Origin: Anthoceros angustus
Lineage: Eukaryota > Plantae > Anthocerotophyta
Assembly: GCA_010909165.1 (NCBI GenBank)
Contig: VJWM01000235.1
Coordinates: 206,955 to 270,954, forward strand
Reading direction: 5' to 3'
DNA: 64,000 nt
Part shown: positions 23,060 through 35,614 of the stretch, piece after piece
Layout of the letters: the number at the start of each line of letters is the position of its first letter
Position numbering within the stretch: the stretch's first letter is position 1
Notes under the pieces: generated by a model
The model's input: the letters and a program-made list of their open reading frames with translations, nothing else
Told to the model about the DNA's origin: nothing
Databases searched by the model: none
Made by a program: the position numbers and the translations under genes

Positions 23060-24400
23060 ATGACCACTTCCTCCTTTAGCAGTTGTTCATAGAAAGAGCG
23101 GACAAATGGAATAAGACTTGCCAGCTGCCCGCCCGCATCCTTGAGTTCTGTGAAAATAGCCGTCCTAGATAATGTTGCAAGCGTTCGAAATGTCCACCTA
23201 TAGGGCGACCCAATCCGAATGAGACTCCCCAACCGCCTCGACTTCAAAGGACGTCAACTCACAGCCCCCCGAAGTGGCAATCCCAAATTGATGGGGGCAA
23301 AGGTGCACCTGGAATTGCTCCTGGACTTGAATGGCAATGCTGTGGCTTATGAAGCACAAGAACGCCTCCCTAACGGCGATAGGGCACACCCTAGGCGTTG
23401 GCTTCTCCATAGCCAGTAAGCTCTTGGTACCCAACACTTGGGAGATCTGGTGGGGGGTCTCTCCCCTGGCCACAGCTGCCAATAGAATGGAAAGCTCCAA
23501 AAACCACTAGAAAGATCCTCGGGAGCAAAATAATCCCGAAGGTGGTCGTAGACTATTCTGAGATCCAAGAAAGCCGAGGCGGGTGGCCCTCAAAGACCGC
23601 CATACTGCCAGACAAAAAGGCTCCTTCACGAATATGTGATATCCTGTTGAATGAAATTCTTGCGAGGAGGCGTGGTCTCCGGAGGTTGGCGCCATCGGTT
23701 CTGGGCGAAGAGCCCGGGCAGCCCTGGCGTATTCCCTAGCACGGCCCAACATGCGGCACTTCTTAAGACGCGCCTTGGCGGGGTCCGGACGGACCCGACC
23801 CACTTTAGTCAAATCCAGCCTGAACCTCGCCGCACGCCCCCCTTCCTCATGCAAAGCCCCCCAGTCCTCAACCCGGAACTAACGGAGACGGAGGTGGCTG
23901 TCCGTCTTTCTAGGCACAAGGATATCCCTGTGCCCTGAATGACCACCCCTAGAGCGGCGAAGACACCACTGAGAGAGAAAGAAGAACAAAGTCCAGGCCA
24001 CCTCGTCCCCAGGGTCGAGCGCGAGGCGCTCCATGGGAAGCTAGTAGGCAAAGCGAACGTCGCCATGAAGGCGCCTCGGGAGACGCCGAAAAAGGTGGGG
24101 TCCTGAAAACACATTTCGTACAAGACGAGCAGGTGATCTGACTGCAAGTGCAACCATTGCCAGGACTCTTGAGGTGGCCCAAGGGGAGTAGCCAAACGCG
24201 AAGTTGGGTGGGCAACCGCGCTGGAAAAAGCAAGCCTCACATGAGCCTCCCATGTACTACGATCGAAGTCTTTGTAATTGTGCCCAATGTGACATTTCAC
24301 CCCTTTAATCGCACAGCAAAGCTGAGGGCAGACTAGACAGGGAGTATCCTTGATTGTCCCTGAAAAAGTGGATTGCACCATTGGGAAGAGCCCAGAAACA
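23060..24400 (-). mobile_element. CRE-like non-LTR retrotransposon, 5' half (zinc finger plus N-terminal RT), truncated
   Basis: CLVCPQLCCAIKGVKCHIGHN zinc finger, RAARAL, LLAMEKP...PIAVREAF, PHQFGIATSGGCE and SRTAIFTELK...LIPFVRSFY. Confidence 0.75.
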
Positions 24401-24444
24401 ATCAATAGTAGGCAGATGTAAAATTGCTTATGACAGGCAGTAGA

Positions 24445-25320
<876 letters not shown>

Positions 25321-25656
25321 GAGGCGGGAAGGGGTATTTTAAATTTGGTAGGGGTTATTCTATGGGGGCATGATGAACGCGTCCATTCAAGAGTACGGAG
25401 GCGTGCTAGTCGGCAGCTTGCACTCCATTAATCCCAGCCCTTACACACAGTCTGACATGGAAAGAGAAAAAGTCGGGAAGGGGGGGAAGGGGGGTGCTAG
25501 TGCTCTAATACTAGTCCGTCGCGGTCCTTAGCATTTTCTTAAGTGTTCTTATTGTTAGCAGGTACCACCTCTACGCCTAAGCAGCAAGCGCACCGCCGAT
25601 GGTACAGTATAAGCCCACCTTTGCGTGCCATTGTATGTCAGACCATTGTCGGCATT

Positions 25657-26033
25657 GGCGCCTTTGTCGCGTTAGGCGCCATTGTTAGTTAATTGGCGCC
25701 ATTGTTAGGCGTTAATTGGGCGCCATTGTTAGGCGTTAATTGGCGCCATTGTTGGGCATAGGCGCCATTGTTGTATTGGGCGCCATTGTTACGTTAATGG
25801 CGCCATTGTTGGGCGTTAATGGGCGCCATTGTTGAACTGGGCGCCATTGTTGAATCGGGCGCCATTGTTAGTATTAATCTGGCGCATTGTTAGGCATTAA
25901 GCGTTGTTAGGCGTTGATTGGGCGCCATTGTTAGGCGTTGATTGGGTGCCATTGTTAGGCGTTGATTGGGCGCCATTGTTGGGCGTTGGGCGCCATTGTT
26001 AGGCGTTAACTGGGCGCCATTGTTCGGCGTTAA
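25657..26033. repeat. Minisatellite with a GGCGCCATTGTT core (~17-22 bp units)
   Basis: More than 15 recurrences of GGCGCCATTGTT(A/G)GGCGTT(A/G)AT. Confidence 0.95.
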
Positions 26034-26644
26034 TTGGGAGAATCATCAAATCCAGGAGAATATCTAGTAGGAGGATCATCACAACCTTCAAGTGCAAGTG
26101 CATTCTATAATGCACCACCTTGTAAAGATCGTGCGAACTTTACAAGGCGTCGACGGATTATGTTACAATATATATTGCCTTCATTTATCCTAATTTTAAG
26201 ATATTATGTGTGCATTATTTTATATAAATGTGGTCCCTAATTACGGGCCTAATTTAGTTAAAATAATATGTATATATACTGCCCAAAAATTAGGATTTAA
26301 ATGGAATGGATATAATGTAATTATATTATTAAATTTATATATTTATAATATTAATATATACTTATTTAGTTAATTCAATCATTATTTTTTTAATATGATC
26401 ATATATTGAATAAATACTCATATATTGTATGATATATGTGTATAATTTGATCTTCATATATTATACCATATAGTATACCTTATGTCAGTACCTGTATGTA
26501 TGAAAAAGAGATGTATACTATTTTTGTAGAATACATATATATTTAAATGTATAAACAACGTTGTAAATCATTGAGACGTGAATTTTCCAAGTTGTAATCT
26601 ACCTTGTGGATTGTGTTGTAAAACTAGTGATTCACGAATTGTTT

Positions 26645-26990
26645 TGTTGTAAATAAGGTTGTAAATGAGGTTGTAAACGACCTTGTAAACGATGTTGCAA
26701 ACGACCTTGTAAACGACATTGTAAACGACATTGTAAACGACCTTGTAAACGACCTTGTAAACGACATTGTAAACGACCTTGTAAACGACATTGTAAACGA
26801 CCTTGTAAACGACCTTGTAAACGACCTTGTAAATGACGTTGTAACGGATGTTGTAAACGACGTTGTAAATGACGTTATAACGGATGTTGTAAACGATGTT
26901 GTAAACGAGGTTGTAAATGACATCGTAAAGTAAGGGTATAAATGAGGTTGTAAATGAGGTTGTAACGTATATTGTAAAATACGTTGTAAA
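26645..26990. repeat. 12 bp minisatellite (ACGACCTTGTAA variants)
   Basis: Continuous 12-bp periodicity TTGTAAACGA(C/T)(C/A/G). Confidence 0.95.
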
Positions 26991-28077
26991 TAGACCCACT
27001 TTACAACCTAGTTAAGCTTTCAGACTACAACCTCCTATTAGCAACCTACTTTACAACCTAGATTACAAGGCAACCATGTTGTAAATGGCAATGTTATTTA
27101 GGTTGTAAACGAGTTCAACGTTGTAAATGGCATTGTAAACTGGCTACTCGGACATCTTACCCGTCCGGGTAGCTGATGTGGCGGCCACATCAGCAACTTG
27201 ATGACGTGGCAATCTTGCCTGCCACGTCAGCAATTTTACAACCTAGTTAAGCTGTCAATTTACAAACGTATAAATACCCATTTTTATAATGGGTTGTAAA
27301 TTACGTTGTAAAATGTGGTGTAAAACATTTGCGATTCTTGTAGAAGGAAGAGAATGCAAGGAACAAGTTGCGGGCGACTTCCTGTGGTGTCAAGGTCAGG
27401 GAGGCACCAGGGGCCGGGGACAAAAACGTCCCCGATCTTTACCGGACATACAGAGTGTGCGTTCCATGTTGTGAGCCCCAATAGGCTAGCCAAAGGCCCC
27501 CGCCCAGAGTGGTCGCAACCCACCAGAGCACCCAACAACCCACCGCACAAACACCCGCCCCCGTTACTATGCCGGAACCTTAGAATCGCGGGGCCGCGGG
27601 GCCGCCAGAATAAGATGGCGTTGTTAATCCGACCACATCGACCCTGATGGCCTGCGTGCCACGTGAAAGGCTAGCAAGCGCTGCAAACGGCAAAACGCGA
27701 CATGCTCCGGGGACAGAGGCCAGAAACCCTAGACCCGGTAGGCTCGAAAACCCTAGATCCAGGCCCTGTCGCTGTGCCATGCAAAGCCCGGGCCCCGCCG
27801 CCGCAATAGTCCTCGCCTGCCTCGCCACAATCCGGCCCCGCCGTGCCACTCTCGGGCCCGTCCGCCATGGTGCACTGCAGGCGTGCCCACCGAGGCCGTG
27901 GGGCCCGAGCGCCTGTAGAAGAGCCCTCAGCAACACCCCATAGTCGGGGGGCCTACGGGGGTTGGCCACGGCAGGCCGGGCCAAGCCCTTGCAGCATGCA
28001 ACGATGGCAATTGGCTCCTGGCACACCACACTCCCACACCGCTCCGTGCTCCTCACGGCCTTGCGAAGCTCGCGGGA

Positions 28078-29120
28078 GGCCAAAGTGCATTAGATATTCC
28101 TTTTTGAGGTAAAGGCACCTTACGATACACTTTCCCATCAATACCCGATGGCCATTAAGGTAGCAAGTATGACCTATATATAGCCACGTCATCATGGAGG
28201 ACAACCTTCTCCTGCACATCCATCCCATGTCAATCGTGTGCGCCTAAGCACGTGCCATTCCTAATCATGCGATCCCCGTTCCCGACATGCTCGCCTCCAG
28301 AGCACGGTGGATGTCCCTTCCCCACCGTGGTCGATGCGATCGATGCCCCCCGTTCTTGCCATTGTAGCCAATGCCCCCTACCCCCCTGCGCACGGGGAGG
28401 GCAGGGGCATCGGCTGTCAAAGGTATATGTAAGTAGAGAGGCCATCGGCCGTATATGAAAGGCCATCGGCCATTCAAGGTGTTCTCTATTGATTAAAAAT
28501 AGCCCAATCCACATCGAAACTTTGCGGTAGAGCGCCCTAATGAATGGTTCTGTCGTGTTGTATGATGATGTGTTGCATAAACACGTCACTGTACAGCATG
28601 ACAAATGTGGACCATCGTAGCTCTCAAGACGCATATGCACGGAAGGTGATCTACAATTGTAGGGCACGCTAGGGCAGCAATACACGTTGAGGGATGCATA
28701 TGCAATTACTGAGAAGATTGACCCAGCAGTGGCTTACAATAGAGCGTTTGCTAAGCAAGCTTGTAGACCCAGCAACCAGAGGCCTGGACAAGGCTCAATG
28801 CAATAGTTAAGTTCCACAACAGCAAGAGGTTAGGAAGAACCAGACAGGCCAATGCAGCAATTAATATGTTGGGTAATAGATGTTTCAAATGCGGGAGTCC
28901 GACTCACAAGGCTAGGGTGTGCTCTAACCCATTTGGAGAAGATAGAGCACATTTGAAGTGCAATGGCTGCGACAGAATAGGCCACACGGAGGCAATGTAC
29001 TGTCAGCGGCATCCAGAGCTAAGACCACCAATAACGGGACAGCATAACAGCAATGGAGTATCAACATTGTTGAAGCACAAAGTGAAGGCTAAGGCAATTC
29101 AAAGAGGAAAGAAGATCTAA
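28078..29120 (+). mobile_element. gag-like ORF remnant with two CCHC zinc knuckles, copy 2
   Basis: ORF 28866..29120 contains CFKCGSPTHKARVC and CNGCDRIGHTEAMYC. Homologous to 6715-7710. Confidence 0.72.
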
Positions 29121-30929
29121 TTACTATTGATTGAATGATTAATGGATACAATAAAGAGTGCTATATACTTGAATGACGAGTTCAAATCTATGGCCAACAT
29201 ACACTTCTCTCTTTTCCAAGCTCTCCTTAACACGAGATATGATGGAGGCTCAAGAAATCCTAGGTGCTTAAATTGATTACTATCTTTCCATTAGCCTGCT
29301 CCTTCCTTTCGATCGAGAACTAAGCACTAAGCCAAGGATAGGTCACCCAAAACTAGGTTGAAAAAATCTTTTTTATTTGAACCATCAATCGAATAGTTAA
29401 CACTGAGTTGATCCATCCTCCCCTCCTTTTTTCTCATTACCGTCCTTCATCAATGTGGTACTATTTGTTTAGCATGTACAGCAGATCCTTGCAACAGCGG
29501 TTCGATTTTTGTCGGTCATGGTGATCTACATATGTGACTTTATAGTACAAGTGTAGTTTGAAGATAAATTATTCTTTTTATTCTATTTATACATGGGTTG
29601 TTGTACCATCTCACCTAAGTAGAGATTTCAATGAGTGACTCGTGATTTTCTCTTCGCTTACTATGACATCCAGCATTTTGGCAATTTCAGCAAACATTTG
29701 CTTACTCTCACAAGTATATATCCCCGCGTCTATCCTAGAATGAATAATGAAATAAACTCCTAAAGCACTTGTTTTTAGCATATATTTTTGGGAGAACAAA
29801 ATCTTTGATCTCATTTGAAAAATTAGTTTTTTGAAAGACTCATTAAAAATAATAATATATTAATTCTTAGTACGGCTTTCCGATCACCTTGAAGGTCTTT
29901 TTTGCACTATGAATTAGATAAAACTATCCCAATTACGTAGGTTTAAGATTAATTATCATAATAAAAATAAAAGACTGAAAAGAGTAAAATCAAAAAAATA
30001 ACTTTTACTCAAAAAATAAATATGGATACAACCTATAGGAATAAGATGTACCTAGGCTCCAAAAAGAATTGTAGAAAGTATTTTCTTTCATTTTTAGTAT
30101 TTTAGCACACCATAACTTCACTACCATCCTCCACTACCTCCTTTTTGGTAGATAGGGTTTTTCCTATGCATTTTGTGTATTTTTTAGTTTCTTATTTTGA
30201 AAATAATTCAAAACAAACCCGGGGGAGAAATCTTCAGCAAGGTTTTGATTACCCTATGTTACACATCTACTATAGCATTAGAAAGAGATAGTGCTCTTCC
30301 CAAGGTCATATAAGTATTGTAAATTTTGTGTATTGAATAAAAGAGCCTCACCTTTAATTCAATATTCCATATAATATAAATTTTCTAGCAATTTAATTAT
30401 ATGATGCGTGCATAGTGTAGTTGTGATTCATCAAACTAATGTTCTTAGTAAGAATGATAGGCCAAGGAGCTTTATATGTTATACAAAATTCTTTATGTTC
30501 TGCATTTCCAAATCATAGGATATGGTCATGACATGTTGATATGAAATTAAACCTGGTTTCTCATTCTCTCCATGATTTTATGTTGAATGTTTTCAGCTTT
30601 AAAAAAATTTAGTTACCACTAAAAACTATAATGAAATTATTCTCCACTAAATAAAATTTCTTATGTACCATATACAATTCTTCGAACAAGTTAGAATGTA
30701 TTTATGTTTTTCTCTAGCAAGTAGAGAAGATTATGATTATAAACTTATAATCTCAGCTCAAGTTTGAATGGAAACAAGAAAACTAATACTATTTGGCAAG
30801 TACTTGCACAAGTGTGAAAGTTAATGGTAATGGTAATGACCTACTGTTTTGAATAATAAAGATAAAGGAACGCAATCGAAACATGGACATTATCATGTGT
30901 CAAACTCCCATTTTGCTTACTTTGATATA

Positions 30930-31454
30930 TTAGGATGTATCTCTTTTTGGATCACCCTCCGAACTATTGGGCGATTCATCTTGTCTTTTAGCCTTTTTCT
31001 CTTGATAGTTCTTAACTGCAGCTTTAATGGCATCCTCAGCAAGCATACTACAATGAAGTTTAACAGGGGGTAATGAAAGATGTTTGGCAATATCACTGTT
31101 TTTTATAGTCAACGCCTCTTCCATAGGCTTTCCCTTAATCCATTCTGTGGCTACGGAAGATGAGGCGATTGCAGACCCACATCCAAAAGTTTTAAAGCAT
31201 GAGTCAACAACCTTGCCAGTTTTTTCATCCACTTTTATTTGTAATTTCATAACATCACCACAAGCAGGAGCTCCCACTAACCCGGTTCCAACATTTGGAT
31301 CTTCCTTATCAAATGAACCAACATTACGTGGATTATTGTAATGCTCTACAACTTTCTCATGATAGGATTGGACAAGAATTTTCCAAGATTGGATCCTATT
31401 GTGGGGAGCAGAACATGCTAATGCAATTGTCTTAGAAGCAAAAGATGTCAACAT
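30930..31454 (-). CDS. ISU1: Mitochondrial iron-sulfur cluster scaffold protein IscU/ISU, intronless CDS
   Basis: Intact 174 aa ORF with YHEKVVEHYNNPRNVGS, GAPACGDVMKLQI, FKTFGCGSAIASSS and LPPVKLHCSMLAEDAIKAA, preceded by a 30 aa presequence-like N-terminus. Confidence 0.97.
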   Translation of the reverse strand: MLTSFASKTIALACSAPHNRIQSWKILVQSYHEKVVEHYNNPRNVGSFDKEDPNVGTGLVGAPACGDVMKLQIKVDEKTGKVVDSCFKTFGCGSAIASSSVATEWIKGKPMEEALTIKNSDIAKHLSLPPVKLHCSMLAEDAIKAAVKNYQEKKAKRQDESPNSSEGDPKRDTS

Positions 31455-32469
31455 CCTAAAATTTGTAAAACTTTTGTGGGGATAATATGTTATTCTAATA
31501 ATAACTAAAAAATAATATGATTATCCAATATTGAGGTGATAGTTTTATTTTCTAAAATTATATAAAATATAAATAATTCTGATTAAAAATAGAGTTGGTT
31601 TTTGTATTTTTGTATTTTTTTTGCATCTTTTACGTCAATTTATCTCATTAGATTAATTTTATGATATAAAATTAAGCACAAACACAGACTAGCTTCTCAA
31701 TCTATTTCTGTATCTTCAAAAAACCCTTTGGTTGTTTCAAGGTAGAGGCTTTACCTCCAATATAATGGAATTGTGGCAAGCATACTTCAATTATAGCAAA
31801 TCTTTTTAGTTTATGCTGATATATGAACCAAAAATAATTTATTTACTAAAATACAAATGTAAATAATCAATATCTTATACTTTCATGGAGGCTTCATTAT
31901 CGGCATTGTTCCTAATGTTGTGTCTATTGAAAAAAATCCTAGGTATAATATTATACCGATTTCAACTGGGAAAATGTTAGAGCGTGTTTCACTTTCACCG
32001 GAAGACATCTAGCACCGAATTTGTTTTTTTCTTAATTTGATATTTAAAAAAATCAAAACAAACATGGAGAAATCTTAGCACCAGATAACTGGGCGTGGTA
32101 TTCGTACGCACCTTGCGGGATAGGGGGGATAGGGAAGAACGTGTAGATACCACCGACCCGCTCAGTGCCAATGAACGTGCGGGACAAGGGGTGGGGACGT
32201 GCGAAACGGGTAATTTTAGGGCTCCCTTTGCTCCAGTTGGTGGAGCTCCGACTACGGCGTTCCAGGAAGGAAACGGATTGCGGTGAAAACGTGACAGGGC
32301 TGAGGTTGGAAGTGATGCCCTGGACAATGTGAAGACTTGAATTCCGCGTTTCACCTGCTACGTAAAGGCAAGGAGCTGGAGGACTCCAGGCTGTCGGACC
32401 GCAACACTGAAAGTGATTAACAAAACGGGCGTCTAGGGCGCGGACACAGTGCAAAGCTTGAAGTCCAAG

Positions 32470-33331
32470 ATGCAGGCGAAGCAGGGAATTCTTCTGGGCC
32501 GCCAGCGACTTTTTGACGCGGGCAAGCAGCTCAGTGTGGCTGGGGCTTTCAGTGATGATTGTCCTGCCTGGTGGGCGTCTTCGTGGGGGTTGCCCCGTGG
32601 AATGTGCCAGCTGATGGAAGGGTTTGCAACTTTTGCTGGCTCTCGGGAGAAATTATCTGATACCAATGATTCGGTGAGTGGCCCGTGCCTGTCGCTGCAG
32701 CTCATCTGATGGTCGTCTGGTCGAACGAGTTTTGGCCAAACCAATTTGGTTTCTTGATTTTTTGCAGGCGGGGGGACTGGGGCGTGGAAATTCTGGGGGT
32801 GGTGTGCCTCAGGGTGCTATGATTCCGGAGGCCCCACCGCCAAAGAGGAAAGCTAAGCAATCGGAGTTTGCCAAGCAACTGGACACGACAAGGAAGCTTT
32901 CTGATTTCTACGGGGATGCACCTATCAGGAAGCTCCACAGGAATAAAACGGAAACCATTTTGGATAAGAAGACTGCGCTACTGTATAACCTGGAGAAGCG
33001 ACTGGACGGAAGTTTGGTGCGTATTGGGTTTTGCTCCACTATGCCACAGGCAAGGCAGTTGATCAGTCACAAGAAGATTTGTGTCAACAACCAGATTGTT
33101 AATGTTGCTAGCTATCAAGTATCGTGTGGGGATTTGATATCTATACAAGAGGATGCTCTCCCTGTGGTCAGGAGTATGATACGGAAGAGCTTGGATAGGA
33201 AGATGGTGTCTCAGTACAAGCCCACCCACTTTGAGGTTAATTACAAGACCCTTCAGGCTGTGATGACATCCGAACCTCAACAGATCAGGTTCCCGTGCAC
33301 TATAGATTTGGACCTTCTTGACAAATTGTGA
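32470..33331 (+). CDS. rps4: Nucleus-encoded mitochondrial ribosomal protein S4; exons 32470-32673 and 32768-33331 (255 aa)
   Basis: TTRKLSDFYGD, LEKRLDGSLVRIGF...QARQLISHKKICVN (S4 domain) and PTHFEVNYKTL..EPQQIRFP..IDLDLLD. A phase-0 intron GTGAGT...TTTTTTGCAG (32674-32767) joins two ORFs in frame. Confidence 0.88.
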
Positions 33332-33949
33332 GCGCATGAACTGACCTCGGCATTATGGAAAGTTGTCCCCGGTCGGTCATGGGACTCAACAGGGATATGT
33401 GCTTCCACGGGATGTGTGATGATGAGGAATTCGAGCACCCAGTTCTTGTTGACCCACGACCCCTGACAATATCTGCTGGTGCTTGCACCACTCAGGAGCA
33501 GCTGTCCCAAGTGCAGGTATTGAGCTCGAGGCACACGCAAGTTTGGGTTTTCGGCAAGGTCGATGTACGGATAGCAAATGTCCGGATGGTGTCAGATGCT
33601 CGCCTTGGACAAGTGTTGCGGCTAGGAAAGCGGTTTGCTATTCCTTTTGGGGCTGAATCTTGCCGCCTGCCCATTACAAACAGAGCTGCGATGCTGTCGA
33701 CAAATAACTGTCATTCCTTGATACATACGTGCGGTAATAAAAGCAAATTCTTCCCTTTAAGGTATGCGGCTGAAGCCTGTGCTGCTCTTTTGCAACTCTC
33801 TAAACTGTCTCGTCATTGTAGACAAACGGTTAGCATGAACAAAAATATACATAATGAATGCGAATGTTATCGTACAGCCATCAGGCCGTGGCCGCAACAG
33901 TCGAGATTGTCGATGCGTCCGACTAGACAGGAAATGTTCCGGTGTTCCT

Positions 33950-34700
33950 CTACTTGTTCTTTGGTCCACTAGTGGTGAGCGTTTCTATAATGGCCTTCAA
34001 TACTTTTATTTCAGCTGACTTCTGGAGAACCTCTTCAGACTTGGCACGGAGCTCCTCCAAGTGTAGCTTGAAGACCTCTGGGGTATTGCCAAGGGAAACG
34101 CATGAGCTCCCGATACATCACCTTGTGCAAGAAACAAATATGTTGGAGGACTTACGACTTGTATTCTCGAGCTCTTCAACAACTTGCCGGGTGCGGCTTT
34201 CAGCTGCACGTTGAGCAATTTCAGCTTGTTTTTTCTCTGCCCGAGCATGCCCTGCAGCTATCACAGCAGCATCTAGCTCTCTTTCAAGCGCCTGTATCCG
34301 TCTCTCCTGGGCCTGATCACAGGATAGCGTTTAGAAGGGGAAGACCACAATATAATGCTCGTTGAGAGACAATAACTCACCCTCATTGTTCTTGTGATCT
34401 GTGCATTCTCGGAGGCGTTCGTGAACGGATCCTCATCCAAATACACAGCTTTGCCGACCAGAAGTCGCTGCACAGAATCTAACGAGCTTCCTAGCTCTCT
34501 GACATTCGACAATGCTGCACTCCAGCGATCTGAGGTGATTGCCCCTCCATTTTCAGCTACACCTCCTGTTGCTTGGGAAGGGGGCCGAGGAGGATGACCA
34601 ATCCCTCTGGAACTAGAGGCGTCGGTTTCATTATCAGCAGCTGTAGTTCCTGTGGTTGAAAAGCTGTCTCTAGCAATTGGATGCTCCTCTTTGTAAAGAA
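33950..34700 (-). CDS. Spliced coiled-coil protein (3' exons ~34700-34381, 34312-34156, 34077-33950); family not assigned
   Basis: GT-AG introns of 68 bp (34313-34380) and 78 bp (34078-34155) give a continuous frame: ...TMR|AQERRIQALERELDAAVIAAGHARAEKKQAE...ENTSQVFKLHLEELRAKSEE...IKVLKAIIETL..K-stop. The 5' exon was not located. Confidence 0.78.
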
Positions 34701-35224
34701 ACTAAAATCCACAAGAGTAAGCAACCAGACGACCCATGCTCCATCAGCATGCCAGAGTGAATACAGTCCAGCTTTCGCAATCCACAGCAGAGCGACCTCT
34801 TAAGCAGCAGCAAAAGTATAATTTCAACAGCAAATTTGGTTGCACAGGGGATGAACCGAAGCCAGAGAAAGAAGCAAACGCAGACAACCTTACGAGCAGG
34901 ATCTACATGAGCCGCAGAAAACGACATCCTTCTGAGCCAAACTCCTTGAGCACCAGCAGATCAAGATGAATATCAAAGACCTTTATAGTGGTGAAGATAA
35001 TGCAAGACCTTGCATCCAAGGAAATTCATCACTTTGTGCAAGAACGGGTCTCAGCGTCGAGTCTAGTTCTTATACTGGGCTTTAGGGCTTCTGGATTTCG
35101 GGCGGAATCACCTATTTTGAAGAAGAACGAGGAGAATTCTATTAGTCCGAATAAACAGCAAACTTTCAATCAGCGCTTCCAATTTAGGAGGACCTACTGT
35201 GTAGAGCAAACTAGAGCAAACAGC

Positions 35225-35614
35225 TTTCAAATTAGGGCACGGTAAAGGGAGGAAACGTGCCATGGGGATGGCTCCCGAAGCATAGCCGAGTACTCAGTGT
35301 AGATCGAGTGATGAATTCCCGGGAAGCAAGGGCTTGGCTTCCCCGGGTGCCAGGAGGAAAGGTGAAAAAGAAGAAAGGTGTTGAGGGTATGGCTTCATAA
35401 CATAACCCGAGTATGCAGTGTAGATCAAGCGATGAATTTCCGAGAAGTAAGGTGTTTGCTTCCTGGAAATTATCACTTGGAAGACCTTGGAAACCTTGCT
35501 TCCCGAGAATTATCCCTGACTCTACACTGCGTACTTGGCTACGCGTCGGGAGCCTCCTTCTGGAGCCTACTTGGCTATTCACATTTCCTCCTTTTACCGT
35601 GCCCTAATTTGAAA
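35225..35614. mobile_element. Foldback/MITE-like element with long imperfect terminal inverted repeats
   Basis: TTTCAAATTAGGGCACGGTAAA.GGAGGAAA.GTG at the left end is the reverse complement of the right end, with ~110 bp of imperfect pairing. An internal direct repeat sits at ~35287 and ~35407. Confidence 0.75.

Noticed and set aside
25657-26990. CRISPR-like arrays (also considered for 38955-39620)
   Set aside because: No unique spacers between the repeats, no cas genes, and a eukaryotic context.
26568-26999. Repetitive VYKV/SFTR ORFs
   Set aside because: These are translations of the 12-bp minisatellite.
29611-30330. Small exons of an AT-rich multi-exon gene downstream of ISU
   Set aside because: A few exon-like stretches exist but I could not assemble a consistent reading frame.
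32678-33331. Inert mitochondrial insertion (numt), or start at the 32678 ORF
   Set aside because: A spliceosomal intron joins it in frame to an upstream ATG exon. The ORF is intact and flanked by nuclear genes. The first 30 codons of the track ORF are intron sequence.
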